From Acidobacteriota bacterium (GTDB lineage Bacteria; Acidobacteriota; UBA6911; RPQK01; JAJDTT01): 64,000 nt of DNA. The stretch spans positions 4,512,001 to 4,576,000 of the forward strand of contig OZ242374.1 of the NCBI GenBank assembly GCA_965209055.1. The letters are read 5' to 3'. Position 1 is the first letter of the stretch. Each line of letters opens with the position of its first letter. Below are positions 1-10,024 of this stretch, piece by piece. Both the position numbers and the translations under genes were made by a program. Below the pieces are notes generated by a model that worked only from the letters and a program-made list of their open reading frames with translations, was not told the DNA's origin and did not search any database.

Positions 1-291
1 TAGGCCAGGCAGAACCCACGGTATAGTCCACGTCCAAGGCGAAACTCAGATTGCGGTGGGTGCTCTGGGATTTGATCACGAGACCGGCGAGTTTTGGGGA
101 TTGCCCGTATTTGCCGAACCACCAGAGCACCCTTGAGATTCCTTCCTCAGAAAATCCAGCAATTGGTTGCTACGGAGGTCGCGTCAACCCGTCGTGCAGG
201 TGCAGGACCAGAGCCGGCAGACTTTTCCTCGCGTTGATACTCCAGATGCCCCGTGTCCAAGGATCCGCCGTCTCTAGCTCTACTCGTCAGG

Positions 292-3200
292 TCATCGGAG
301 AACCGGGACCATGGGCAATGTGGTGAAGATCCGGTTATCGGCATCCATCTCCAGGGCCACTCCCGTGAAGGCTCCACCCGGCGGCGCAGTGCAGAGGACC
401 GAGCCGGTAAAATCGGAGGTATCAGCGTCCTTGAAGAGTTCGTCGATGAAATGGGCCACTTGACCGCCGGCGTCCAGATCGATCTCCGTCTCGGTCAACA
501 TTCGGCCGTTCTGCATCAGTGCGCAGGTCAACGTCATGGTTTCCGGTTCCAGATTGCGGACCGCAGCTCCGGTGTTGATCCCGTTCCCCTGGCGCCGGAC
601 GGGGAACATCGCGGCCGCGACGGGTAGGCTGGCGCCAATCCCGGCCATCCCCACGCTTGGGACGTCTAAGCGCAGGACCCCGCCAACGGGTCCGTCAGAC
701 TCCACCCGCACGGATCCCGTCACCAATTCCCCTTGCCCATGGGTCGAGATCGTGAGCTCGCTCAGAGCCAACATTTCCGCCCCGATGCTCAGTGCTCCGT
801 CCTCCCGGACCTCCAGGTCTCCCACCACTTCCACCACCGATTCCGCGTCAATTTGGTCGCCCTGCCGATCATAGAAGTAGACGGAGGGCCGGATCGGATC
901 GGCCCCCACGTTCACTAACACCAACTCGGATCGAATGGACGATCCGTTCCCGAAATGCGCGAAGACCAAAGTCCCTTCCCCGCTCCCGTCCGCCAAAGGC
1001 TCCACCGGCACCATCGGCAAGGTTGTGAAGATCCGATTTTCGGTATCCATTACCACGGCCACTCCCGTGAATAGCTTGCCGCGTGGTGAGGTACAGCGCA
1101 CCGAACCAACGAAGTCGGACGTTTCGTTCTGGGTGAACAATTCGTCGATGAACCGGGCCGCTTGCCCGTCACGCGTCAGTGAGATCTGCGTCTCTTCCAG
1201 CACCGTGCCCGCTTGCAGCAACTGACACTGCACCCTCATCCATTCGTCTCCCCGGCTGCGGATCGCGACCGCCGTGCGGATCCCTCCCGCCTGGTTTCGA
1301 GCCGGGAAGATGGCGTCCCGAACGCGCGGACTCGCTCCCACCCCGGCCACCCCGATGTCCGGATTGACATAGCGGAGGACCCCGCCGAGGGGACCTTCGG
1401 ACTCCACCCGCACCGATCCGGACACAATCGTCCGTCGAGGATGGGTCGAGATCGTGCGCTCCCCCAGAGGCTCGATGCCCGTCCGAACCCTCAGCGTGCC
1501 GTCCTCCTGGACCTCCAGATCCTCCCTCATCTCCACCAGCCATCCGCCGGACAGGAGATTCCCTCCACGGTCCAGGAAGGAGACGACCGGACGGATCGGC
1601 TCGTCGCCCACGTTCACCAACACCAATTCGGACGTAATGGACTCCCCATTGGCGAAATGGGCAAAGTGCAGATTCGGCATCTCCAGAACGTTCAGCGGCA
1701 AGTGGGGCGACTTGACCAGAGTGAGTTCCGTATCAATGGAGCTCGGCATCGCGGGCAACTCGCCGATATCCACGAAGACGGCAGAGGCCGGGCCGGGGTT
1801 CCGGGAAACGGTGAACGTGGCGCTATACACGCTGCCCCTGGGGATATTGATGTGGCTCGAACCGCCGTCAAGGACGCCGTTGACGACGTTGATCGGCAAC
1901 ACGATCTCAAAGAGGGCCCCGGAGTCGGCCCGGGCTCTGAACCGGCCTTCCCCAGCGAATTCCAGGGAAATCATTGTGGTCAGTTGGTTCCAGTTGTCAG
2001 ACAGAGAAAGTCTTTGCAGCGAGGGCAACCCGGAAAAGATCCCCTCCGGCAGTGCCGTCAGGCGATTGGTAGACAACCAAAGCGATTCCAACGAGGACAG
2101 CCCGGAAAAGATCCCCTCCTGCAGTGCGGTCAGGTGATTGTCAGACAACCCAAGCGCTTTCAAAGAGGACAGCCCCGCGAAAACCCCGGCCGACAGCGTC
2201 GTCAGGTCGTTACGAGTCAGGTAGAGCACTTCCAGAGAAAACAGCCCGGCGAAGACTCCGACCGGGAGTGTCGTCAGGTCGTTATCGCCCAGGTAGAGCT
2301 CTTTCAGAGAGGACAGCTCACCGAAGATCCCAGCCGGCAGCGTCCTCAGGTCGTTATTTCTCAGGTAGAGCTCTTCCAGCGAGGACAGCCCAGCGAAGGT
2401 CCCGACTGGAAGCGACCTCAGCTCGTTCGAACGCAGATAGAGCACTCGCAGTGAGGACAAACCGGCGAAGACCCCGGCCGGCAGCGTCCTCAGGTCGTTG
2501 TTTCTCAAGTAGAGCTCTTCCAGCGAGGACAGCTCGTAGAAGACCCCAGCCGGTAGCGTCGTCAGATGGTTGTTGTCCAGATAGAGCTGTTTCAAGGACG
2601 ACAGTCCAGAGAAGGCCCCGGCCGACAGCGTCGTCAGGCCGTTGTCATCCAGAGAGAGCCATTCCAGCGAGGACAGCCCGGAGAAGACCCCGATCGGCAA
2701 CGGCGTAAGACGGTTGCCACCCAGAGAGAGCCCTTCCAGCGAAGACAACCCGGAGAAGACGCCGACCGGGAGTGTCGTCAGGCCGTTGCCACCAAGATAG
2801 AGCCGTTCCAGCGAGGACAACCCCGAGAAGACTCCGACCGGCAGCGTCGTCAAGCCGTTGCCACCCAGAGAAAGATCTTCCAGCGAGGACAGCTCGGAGA
2901 AGACGCCGGTCGGCAACGTCGTCAAGCTGTTTCTAACCAGAGTGAGATCTTCCAGCGAGGACAACCCGGAGAAGACGCCGACCGGGAGTGTCGTCAGGTC
3001 GGTATCGCCCAGGGAGAGCTCTTTCAGAGAGGACAGCTCACCGAAGATCCCGGCCGACAGCGTCGTCAGTCGATTGTCTGTTAAATCGAGCCCTTCCAGC
3101 GTGGACAGTTCCGCGAAAATCCCGGCCGGCAGTGTCGTTAATCGATTGCCGCTCAGATCGAGACTTTTCAACGACGACAACCCGGAGAAGATCCCGGCCG

Positions 3201-3939
3201 GTAGCTCAGTCAATCGGTTGAAGGCCAGGTGGAGCGACTCCAGCGACGACAGTCCCGCGAAAACCCCAACCGGCAGCGTCGTCACGTCGCTGACTCTCAA
3301 TTTGAGCCATTTCAGCGTGGGCAATCCGACGAAGAGGTCATCTGGCAGAGGACCCCCGATGTACAGAGTGAGCGATTGGAGCGAGGTCAGTCCCGAGAAA
3401 AGCTCGCCGGCCGGGGGAGCCATATCGTTGTAGTGCAGGGACAGCCCGAGCGATTGGAGCGAGGTGAGTCCCGAGAAGATCCCGGCCGGCAGGGTGGTCA
3501 GTGGATTGCGGCCCAGCGCGAGCGTTTCCAGGGAGGAAAGCCCGTGGAAGAGGCCCGCCGGAAGGGTAGTCAGTTTGTTGGCATGTAACTGAAGTCCTTC
3601 CAACGAGGACAGTCCGCTAAAATCCCCCGCCTTTAACTCTAGAATGGGATTCGGGAGATCGCCGGAGGGAACACCCCATACATCGTACGGACCTGCCAGA
3701 TTGAGGTCACCCTCAATCTCAGCCAGATGTGGCTCCGTCACATCACCGCAATCGTTAACGTCCGGAACCTTCTCCACGATTGCGTCGCGCACTTCCGGTG
3801 TCCGGTCGCAGACGGGGACGATCTGCGCCGTGGCTTTCTCCGGTACGGCCAGCAGAACCAGGCCCAAAGTTACCGTTAGCACCGAGGTCGTGGATCGCAA
3901 TCGGGGAAGCGGTGCAATCTTCAGTATGTGTACTGGCAT
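292..3939 (-). CDS. Secreted leucine-rich repeat protein (about 23 x 24-aa typical LRRs) with a tandemly duplicated C-terminal beta domain
   Basis: Signal peptide ending ATA-Q; Cys-containing cap (VCDRT...DCGDVT); repeats FSGLSSLExLxLxxNxLTTLPxGx; two ~230-aa copies starting HFAHFANG..SELVLVNVG and FAHFGNG..SELVLVNVG, both ending NRIFTTLPMVPV. Confidence 0.9.
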   Translation of the reverse strand: MPVHILKIAPLPRLRSTTSVLTVTLGLVLLAVPEKATAQIVPVCDRTPEVRDAIVEKVPDVNDCGDVTEPHLAEIEGDLNLAGPYDVWGVPSGDLPNPILELKAGDFSGLSSLEGLQLHANKLTTLPAGLFHGLSSLETLALGRNPLTTLPAGIFSGLTSLQSLGLSLHYNDMAPPAGELFSGLTSLQSLTLYIGGPLPDDLFVGLPTLKWLKLRVSDVTTLPVGVFAGLSSLESLHLAFNRLTELPAGIFSGLSSLKSLDLSGNRLTTLPAGIFAELSTLEGLDLTDNRLTTLSAGIFGELSSLKELSLGDTDLTTLPVGVFSGLSSLEDLTLVRNSLTTLPTGVFSELSSLEDLSLGGNGLTTLPVGVFSGLSSLERLYLGGNGLTTLPVGVFSGLSSLEGLSLGGNRLTPLPIGVFSGLSSLEWLSLDDNGLTTLSAGAFSGLSSLKQLYLDNNHLTTLPAGVFYELSSLEELYLRNNDLRTLPAGVFAGLSSLRVLYLRSNELRSLPVGTFAGLSSLEELYLRNNDLRTLPAGIFGELSSLKELYLGDNDLTTLPVGVFAGLFSLEVLYLTRNDLTTLSAGVFAGLSSLKALGLSDNHLTALQEGIFSGLSSLESLWLSTNRLTALPEGIFSGLPSLQRLSLSDNWNQLTTMISLEFAGEGRFRARADSGALFEIVLPINVVNGVLDGGSSHINIPRGSVYSATFTVSRNPGPASAVFVDIGELPAMPSSIDTELTLVKSPHLPLNVLEMPNLHFAHFANGESITSELVLVNVGDEPIRPVVSFLDRGGNLLSGGWLVEMREDLEVQEDGTLRVRTGIEPLGERTISTHPRRTIVSGSVRVESEGPLGGVLRYVNPDIGVAGVGASPRVRDAIFPARNQAGGIRTAVAIRSRGDEWMRVQCQLLQAGTVLEETQISLTRDGQAARFIDELFTQNETSDFVGSVRCTSPRGKLFTGVAVVMDTENRIFTTLPMVPVEPLADGSGEGTLVFAHFGNGSSIRSELVLVNVGADPIRPSVYFYDRQGDQIDAESVVEVVGDLEVREDGALSIGAEMLALSELTISTHGQGELVTGSVRVESDGPVGGVLRLDVPSVGMAGIGASLPVAAAMFPVRRQGNGINTGAAVRNLEPETMTLTCALMQNGRMLTETEIDLDAGGQVAHFIDELFKDADTSDFTGSVLCTAPPGGAFTGVALEMDADNRIFTTLPMVPVLR

Positions 3940-4159
3940 CCGAAATGGTTCCTCCAGGCAGATGGATGGCCTTCGACAGTATTCAATGATGCGGGGGAGC
4001 CCCTTCTAGCCGAACCCAACGACGGGACGCAGACTCGACAGATCAACGAGCCGCTCCTCCAGGGATTGGCAGTCTCAGAGAACCCGGGGGCCTGGGGCGT
4101 GCGTAGCCATCTGATCCCTCCCAGAGGGGCATGGAGGAAATAACCCAGACCAGCACTCC

Positions 4160-6062
4160 GTCGAGTTACACTACTCAGCCGCCACCGGCACCGTATGAAA
4201 CCAGTTCGTCGCCCGTGAGTACCCGACTGCGGCCACGGCTTTTGTATGACCTAACCTCATGGCCAGCATCGTCAAGAAGATCATCCGCGGCCACCCCTAC
4301 TACTACGCCCGCGTCTGCAAACGCGTCGATGGCAAGCCCAAGATCGTCTCCCAGACCTATCTCGGCCGCGCCGACAAGATCCTCGAGAAGCTCCGGGCCA
4401 AGCCCGTCCCCGCCCCGCCTCTGGAGGCGGTCGTGCGCGAATTCGGCGCCTCCACCGCTCTGCTCACCCTCGCCCGCCGCTTGCAATTCGTCGAGCACAT
4501 CGACCGCCGTGTCCCCCAGCACGGCTCCGGCCCCTCCGTCGGTCATTACCTGCTCGCCGCCGTCCTCAACCGCTGCCTCGCCCCCGGCTCCAAGGCCAGC
4601 CTCGCCCGCTGGTTCGACTCCACCGCCCTCCCCCGCCTGCTCCCCCTGCGTTCCCGCCAACTGACCAGCCAGCGCTTCTGGGACCACATGCACCGCATCC
4701 CCGTTCCAGCGATCCCCACCATGAAACGGGACATCGTGGCCGCCATGACCCGAGAGTTCGGCCTCGACCGGCGCCAAGTGCTGTTTGACGCCACCAACTT
4801 CTTCACCTACATCGATTCCTTCAACCATCACTCCGAGCTGGCCCAGCGCGGCCACGGCAAGGAGGGCTGCAAGTCGTTGCGCATCATCGGTGTGGCGCTG
4901 CTGGTCACGACTGACTTCCGCCTGCCCCTGCTGCATCGCACCTATCCCGGCAACCGCCCCGACGCGCCGCTGTTCCAGAGCCTCGCCGCCGATTTGGCCC
5001 GGCGCTGCCGCGAGATCGCCGCCGGCGCCGAGACGCTCACGCTGGTCTTCGACAAGGGCAACAACTCGCGGGAGAACCTGAAGTGGGTCGAGCGCAGCCC
5101 GTTCCACTTCATCGGCTCGCTGGTGCCGACCCAGCACCCGGACCTGCTGGCCGTGGAGGCGGACCAGGTGCGCTCGCTGGAGGCCGACGGGTTGCCCGGC
5201 GTGCGCGTCTACCGCACCGACTACGAGGTGTTCGGCATCGAGCGCACGGTGCTGGTGATCTGGAACCAAGCGCTGTTCGACGCCCAGTGCCGGACGCTGC
5301 TGCGGGAGATCGCCAAGCGGCGCCAGCACCTGCGTGCGCTGCAGCGGCAGTTGCGCCGCTGGCGCGACGGCAAGATCCGCGGGGGGCGCAAGCCGGGCGT
5401 GGCCACCACGCGCAAGAAGGTGGACACCTGGCTGCGGGCCCGGCACATGCGGGACCTGTTCGCTGTCCAGGTGCGCGAGGTCCAGGGCCTGCCGAAGGTG
5501 AATTACCGCTTCCAGCGCCACGCCTGGGAGAAGCTGCAGAGCACGCTGCTGGGGAAGACCCTACTGTTCACGGACCAGGCGGATTGGAGTGACGCCGAGC
5601 TGGTGCGCGGCTACCGAGCCCAGCATCAGGTCGAGAGCGCCTTCCGGCAGTTGAAGGACAGCGACTGCATCGCGATCCGGCCGCAATACCACTGGACGGA
5701 TCAGAAGATCGCGGTGCACGTGTTCTGCTGCGTGCTGGCGCTGATGTTGTGCAGTCTGCTGCAGCGGGAACTGAGCCGGCACGGGGTGAAGGGCTCCATC
5801 CCCGGACTGCTGGATGCCCTCGCGGGGATTCGGGAGGTGGACGTGCTGTATCCCGCGCGCCAGGAGGGCGGTGAGCCCGAACTCAGAACGACGCTCTCGC
5901 AGATGACGGAAGAACAGCGCGCGATGTACGACATCCTGGGCCTCGACCGCCACCCGCTCCCACCTCTGACGCAGACCCGTTAGGTCATACGGAAGGGATT
6001 CTCCAAGTCTCTGAAAAAAAGGAACTTATCCGTATTCTGTCGTTCAACATGGTAAACTCGGG
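4160..6062 (+). mobile_element. IS1634-like insertion sequence (ends approximate)
   Basis: Transposase ORF inside; weak terminal IR (TCGAGTTACAC at 4161 vs reverse complement of GGTAAACTCGGG at 6051-6062); no clear target duplication. Confidence 0.6.
4259..5983 (+). CDS. IS1634 family DDE transposase
   Basis: N-term MASIVKKIIRGHPYYYA..RVDGKPKIVSQTYLG; FDATNFFTYID, LVFDKGNNS, VESAFRQLK, RPQYHWTDQKIAVHVFCC motifs. Confidence 0.88.
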   Translation: MASIVKKIIRGHPYYYARVCKRVDGKPKIVSQTYLGRADKILEKLRAKPVPAPPLEAVVREFGASTALLTLARRLQFVEHIDRRVPQHGSGPSVGHYLLAAVLNRCLAPGSKASLARWFDSTALPRLLPLRSRQLTSQRFWDHMHRIPVPAIPTMKRDIVAAMTREFGLDRRQVLFDATNFFTYIDSFNHHSELAQRGHGKEGCKSLRIIGVALLVTTDFRLPLLHRTYPGNRPDAPLFQSLAADLARRCREIAAGAETLTLVFDKGNNSRENLKWVERSPFHFIGSLVPTQHPDLLAVEADQVRSLEADGLPGVRVYRTDYEVFGIERTVLVIWNQALFDAQCRTLLREIAKRRQHLRALQRQLRRWRDGKIRGGRKPGVATTRKKVDTWLRARHMRDLFAVQVREVQGLPKVNYRFQRHAWEKLQSTLLGKTLLFTDQADWSDAELVRGYRAQHQVESAFRQLKDSDCIAIRPQYHWTDQKIAVHVFCCVLALMLCSLLQRELSRHGVKGSIPGLLDALAGIREVDVLYPARQEGGEPELRTTLSQMTEEQRAMYDILGLDRHPLPPLTQTR

Positions 6063-6300
6063 CTAGGGAAGTCGCGTCTCACGCGCAGTCGACGGCCAGA
6101 CGGCAACATGCTTCACACATCAGTCAGCCGGAGCCATCTCCGCCGAGGCGAGGAAAGAGGTGAGACTCTCCGCCAGAGGATCGCGCGCATGTTCAGACCT
6201 CCCTTAGATTCATACCATCCGAACTCACCCAATGAGCTGATTGCAGAGAAAAATTCACATTTCCTGATGCGTGTCTGATTTCTCCTGGGAGGTGGGCACT

Positions 6301-6855
6301 ATGAGCAACCTTGCAAGCATACGCAAAAGGCGGTTCCGGACAACGACGGCAGCGGGATTCGTGCCCTCGTTGCTTTTTGCAGGTCTGCCGGGCTGCACCG
6401 CGAGGAACAAGACCGACTGGTCCCAAGTGCGAACCGTCGCCCCAAACACCACGACGGAGGTGCAGGTGTACGAGGGAGTAGCCCCTCACGAGGAGCGGAA
6501 AGTAAAGGGCTGCTTCGTATCGGCTACGACGGACTCATTGACGTTGCAACTCAAGGACGGACGAGCCAGGACGGTTCAGAAGAACGACATTCGGAAGATT
6601 CTGACGCGGCGGCCATTCATGAAACGTTGGCCGGGATGGGCTGCACTGGGGGTCACGGTGTTCGCACTGGCCGTAGTGCCTATGGATTCTGGCGACCATC
6701 GGCTCGTCTCTAAAACACTATTCCATACCTACTAACCCCTCCCGATTACGATCGCATTCTTCATCGGATCTCGAATGAAAGCGATTTGCGAAGTCCAACC
6801 CAAGGCGAGCGGACGCTGGTACCCGAAGGAAGACAATAAGGAGCAGTCCCCATGA
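6301..6855 (+). pseudogene. Lipoprotein paralog of 6852-7379, interrupted by in-frame TAA at 6733-6735
   Basis: Lipobox LPGC; shares WSxVxxVxPxTxTEV and RWPGWAALG with its neighbour; homology continues in frame after the TAA (PITIAFFIGSRMKAICEVQP vs PISALFFYGSRMRGIYEVPP) to TGA 6853-6855. Confidence 0.7.
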
Positions 6856-7379
6856 AACTCGCATCTGTTCTGCTGATCCTGGTCCTTTTGTCGGGCTGTG
6901 GCGGCCCGAAGCGGCACATGCCCACCTGGTCCCGAGTGCAAGCCGTGTCCCCACAGACAAAGACCGAGGTTCGACTGTACAAGGATGAGGCTCTGGAGGG
7001 CAGCAGGAGGGTCGAAGGTCGCTTCCACTCGGCCACGGATGATTTCGTTACGCTGACGCTACCGGATGGGCAGAACCGGACCTTCCAGAAGCAATCCGTG
7101 CGCGAGTTCCTGACCCACCGATCGTTCTGGAGACGATGGCCGGGCTGGGCTGCTTTAGGGATCTTCACCATTCCGCTTTGGTTGGCTCTCCCCATAAGGG
7201 ACGAGGATCCCATGCGCGGTTTGTGGGTTGGCGCAGTTCTCGCAACACCGATTTCGGCCCTATTTTTTTACGGATCCAGGATGCGCGGGATTTACGAGGT
7301 GCCACCCGAGTACAGGACATTACCGCCGGCAGCCAACAAGCCCAATGCTGGGAACAAGCCGGGAAAGAAGCCGCAGTGA
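6852..7379 (+). CDS. Hypothetical lipoprotein with C-terminal hydrophobic hairpin
   Basis: RBS AAGGAG; lipobox LLSGC; two hydrophobic segments near the C-terminus; ATGA overlap with upstream paralog. Confidence 0.75.
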   Translation: MKLASVLLILVLLSGCGGPKRHMPTWSRVQAVSPQTKTEVRLYKDEALEGSRRVEGRFHSATDDFVTLTLPDGQNRTFQKQSVREFLTHRSFWRRWPGWAALGIFTIPLWLALPIRDEDPMRGLWVGAVLATPISALFFYGSRMRGIYEVPPEYRTLPPAANKPNAGNKPGKKPQ

Positions 7380-7816
7380 TTGGACGGTTCGACTCAGACA
7401 TCTTGGCGGGTTTTCTATCGTGTATTCGTAGGCGGCGGGAAGTGATGTCGAGTGGACGCCCAGTGGAGTGCTTGGTGTCGCCGTTGTCGGCGCGGGTGTC
7501 AATGGGCGTCGAAAATGTCAGGATCTGAGCGCTGCCCGTGCAGGGTGGAGCGACCGGAGCGGGGCAGCGAGCCGGGATCGGGGGTGTCGCCACGAGGCAA
7601 GCCGGAGTTGCTGACGTGTCCGTTCACGGCCACGAAAGGCCAAGGACATCCATTTCGTCCCGGTGGAAAGAATGGTGGAGAGTGCCGCGGCTGAGAATTC
7701 ATAACTCTTTTATAGAGAATGGGTTACGGAATTTATAGAAACAGTCCGCTGAAAATTGGGCTAGCTTGCCAGTCGCCTGCGACCTGATCGGCAGTCACCC
7801 CGACGGCATCTACGTG

Positions 7817-8569
7817 TCAGTTCACCGGTTCGATCGACGAGTTGATCCGGCCCAGATGTTCCTCGTAACGGGCGTGGGCCTCCCGGTCCCGCTGCGCCCG
7901 GGAAGAGTGGTAGGCGAAGCCGAGGTTGCGCCGGTGATGGGCAGTGCGATTCGGTCCGGTGCGATGGATCACGTTGACGTGGTGGAGCGAGAGGTCCCCG
8001 GGCTTCAGGTCGAGCGCCACCTCCGGGTAACGGCTGAGGTCCGGCTTCTCCAGCAAGCCCAGGCTCGCCCCCGTGACGCCTGAAGGCTGGTGCGGCAGGA
8101 TCGGAGCGCGGTGCGAGCCCTTCAGGCAGACGATGGTCCCGTTGTCGTCATTGGCTTCATCCAGGGCCAAGGTGACGGCTACGGCCTCCGCCGGATTCCA
8201 GAACTGGTAGGCATTGTCCTGATGATAGGGGAACTCGTAGGTGGCGAAGGGGGCCTTGTCGATGAGCATCACGCCATCCGCCCCGGCCGCCGCGCCGGGA
8301 TAGAGCGCTTCGACCAGGGCGATCAGACGTGGATCCCGTATCAAGCCCGCAAAATAACCGGAGCGTTGGTTGATCCTGAAAACGCACCGCACCGCGCCAC
8401 CGCCGCCATCCTCGTAGTAGGCTTCGCCCGGTTCCAGACCGGAAAGGGACTCCTGCAGGTACCGGCCGAGTTGCCGATCCACCTCAGCCAGCTCCTCTGG
8501 CGAGAAAAATCCGGGAACGACTCCGAACCCGTTCTCGTCGTATTCACGGGCAATCGCATCGTAGTCCAT
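7817..8569 (-). CDS. Phytanoyl-CoA dioxygenase (PhyH) family Fe(II)/2-OG oxygenase
   Basis: YHQDNAY (HxD), LKGSH, HHVNVIHRTGPNRT..RR; RBS GGAGG before ATG 8569. Confidence 0.88.
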   Translation of the reverse strand: MDYDAIAREYDENGFGVVPGFFSPEELAEVDRQLGRYLQESLSGLEPGEAYYEDGGGGAVRCVFRINQRSGYFAGLIRDPRLIALVEALYPGAAAGADGVMLIDKAPFATYEFPYHQDNAYQFWNPAEAVAVTLALDEANDDNGTIVCLKGSHRAPILPHQPSGVTGASLGLLEKPDLSRYPEVALDLKPGDLSLHHVNVIHRTGPNRTAHHRRNLGFAYHSSRAQRDREAHARYEEHLGRINSSIEPVN

Positions 8570-8782
8570 AACGTCTCCTCCCGGGATTCCGACCCGCGGG
8601 CCTCGGCTCACGCTCCACCACCTTGTACTCGGAGACGCGTGGAGTCAACGTCCCGGGACCCTGAACCGTGTGCGATTCCGAGTCGCGATTGACAGCCGAC
8701 CTGCGGGACAGGGCCTTCCGGTCATACGGGGCGACTATATTCTGATGCATGAGGAAGTTGCCCCGCAGGAGAGTCGCACGTC

Positions 8783-9676
8783 ATGAGGCGCCCATTTCCC
8801 TGGGCGCGGGGAGGCTGGATGGGACCGCCGGATAGGCTCCCATTTCGCTCCGACCCCTCTCTGAGCCGGTTTGATCCGTTGCCGCGAATCTTCTATCACG
8901 ACGATTTCAACCAGGGAATGAACGGTTGGACAGCGCTCGTGGGCAACTACGAGGGGAGCCTCGACAGCATGCATCCCGGCTACAAGTCGCTGACGGGACC
9001 GATGCTGAGCAACCTGACCCAATGGGACGGGGGAACCCACGGCGCCATGACCGGCACCTACGCACTGAAGATGGCCACCCGTCCCCGAAACGGCGCCCAG
9101 GCCGTCGCCATCAAACGGATCACCTTCTCCAGACACTGTCCCATCCGGTTGGAGTTCTTCTTCACCTTCAAACCCGAGGCCTCGGAACTCCGGCTCTCCG
9201 AATCAGACGTTCGCTCCGTGGGCGTCCTGTTCGACCTCCAGGACGACACCCATCGCGTGATGCCGCACCTGAGATTCCTCAACGCCCGGGACGGCCGGAG
9301 GGTGCGGCGCTGGCAGTACAAGAGGCAGACGGTCGAGTTCGTCCGTGTGGGGGAGAAGACGGTCACGCATCATCACTTGGCCGACCAGGACTGGCGCCCC
9401 CTCTCCGACACTGGGCAGGAGCTCTGCTACAACGAGATTCCGACCAAGGTGAACTGGCACTATGCCCAGGTGGGTTTCGACTTGCGGAGCATGCGCTACA
9501 CGCATTTCCGCTGCAACGACGCCGTGTACGACATGGAAGGCGTCGACCCAATTGTCATTCCCGCCATGCCCAATCTGAGGAACATGCTCAACGTCGCCTT
9601 CTTCGTCGAGACGGATGTGGACAAGAGGGCCTTTTTCTACATCGACTCGGTGATCTTGTCGGGAGACTGGGATTGA
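8783..9676 (+). CDS. Conserved hypothetical protein (resembles DUF6772 family)
   Basis: YHDDFNQGMNGWTALVGNY, THGAMTGTYALKMATRP, CYNEIPTKVNWHY; family name from recall only. Confidence 0.65.
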   Translation: MRRPFPWARGGWMGPPDRLPFRSDPSLSRFDPLPRIFYHDDFNQGMNGWTALVGNYEGSLDSMHPGYKSLTGPMLSNLTQWDGGTHGAMTGTYALKMATRPRNGAQAVAIKRITFSRHCPIRLEFFFTFKPEASELRLSESDVRSVGVLFDLQDDTHRVMPHLRFLNARDGRRVRRWQYKRQTVEFVRVGEKTVTHHHLADQDWRPLSDTGQELCYNEIPTKVNWHYAQVGFDLRSMRYTHFRCNDAVYDMEGVDPIVIPAMPNLRNMLNVAFFVETDVDKRAFFYIDSVILSGDWD

Positions 9677-10014
9677 AGCTGCGAGAGAGTCACACGGCGA
9701 TCCTCTCGCTCGGCGAAGATTGGAAAGGCAAGGTCGCAACCGAACCCTACGAGGCCGCCTGGGCCTCGGAAGCACTCTTTTTTCTTCGGGCCTTGCGAGT
9801 GGAGGAGGCAGTCGACGGGGCCCGGGCCGCGGTCCAGATCTCGCCGGATGGTGTGCACTGGGTCGATGAGGGCACCACCCTCGCCCTGCCCCGTCGCGCA
9901 GGAGAGTTGACCTTCTGCCGGGTTCTCCAATTCGGCAACTACCTGCGGCTCCGAGCGGAGCTTCCGGCCGGGGCGGTTTGCCGGTTGGTGGCGACGCTAT
10001 CGCTCAAGGCGTGA
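9673..10014 (+). CDS. Small hypothetical protein (DUF6385-like)
   Basis: TTG start overlapping upstream TGA; TEPYEAAWASEALFF and VQISPDGVHWVDEG motifs. Confidence 0.6.
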   Translation: MKLRESHTAILSLGEDWKGKVATEPYEAAWASEALFFLRALRVEEAVDGARAAVQISPDGVHWVDEGTTLALPRRAGELTFCRVLQFGNYLRLRAELPAGAVCRLVATLSLKA

Positions 10015-10024
10015 TCTTCGCGCC

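Noticed and set aside
1-291. Short ORFs at the left edge
   Set aside because: No motifs, RBS or coding-like composition.
1980-3630. 72-bp periodic repeats as a CRISPR array or DGR template/variable repeats
   Set aside because: They are in-frame LRR coding repeats with no repeat-spacer structure; no cas or reverse transcriptase gene is in the window.
4175-5521. 448-aa minus-strand ORF, and similar long antisense ORFs (1213-2454, 10043-11389, 22345-24042, 28711-30318, 36445-37959, 54574-56775, 57927-59570, 59778-61550)
   Set aside because: Shadow ORFs opposite well-supported genes in high-GC DNA, with no recognisable motifs.
4140-6075. Target-site duplication for the IS1634-like element
   Set aside because: The flanks (CAGCACTCC and CTAGGGAA) share no direct repeat, so the ends are left approximate.
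7380-7816. Possible ncRNA or small gene in the intergenic region, including an AT-rich imperfect inverted repeat near 7698-7733
   Set aside because: No recognisable RNA family or convincing ORF.
8926-9672. N-terminal 250 aa of the 362-aa ORF 8926-10014
   Set aside because: Overlaps the 8783-9676 gene in another frame and is Arg/Pro-rich noise; the real gene starts at TTG 9673.
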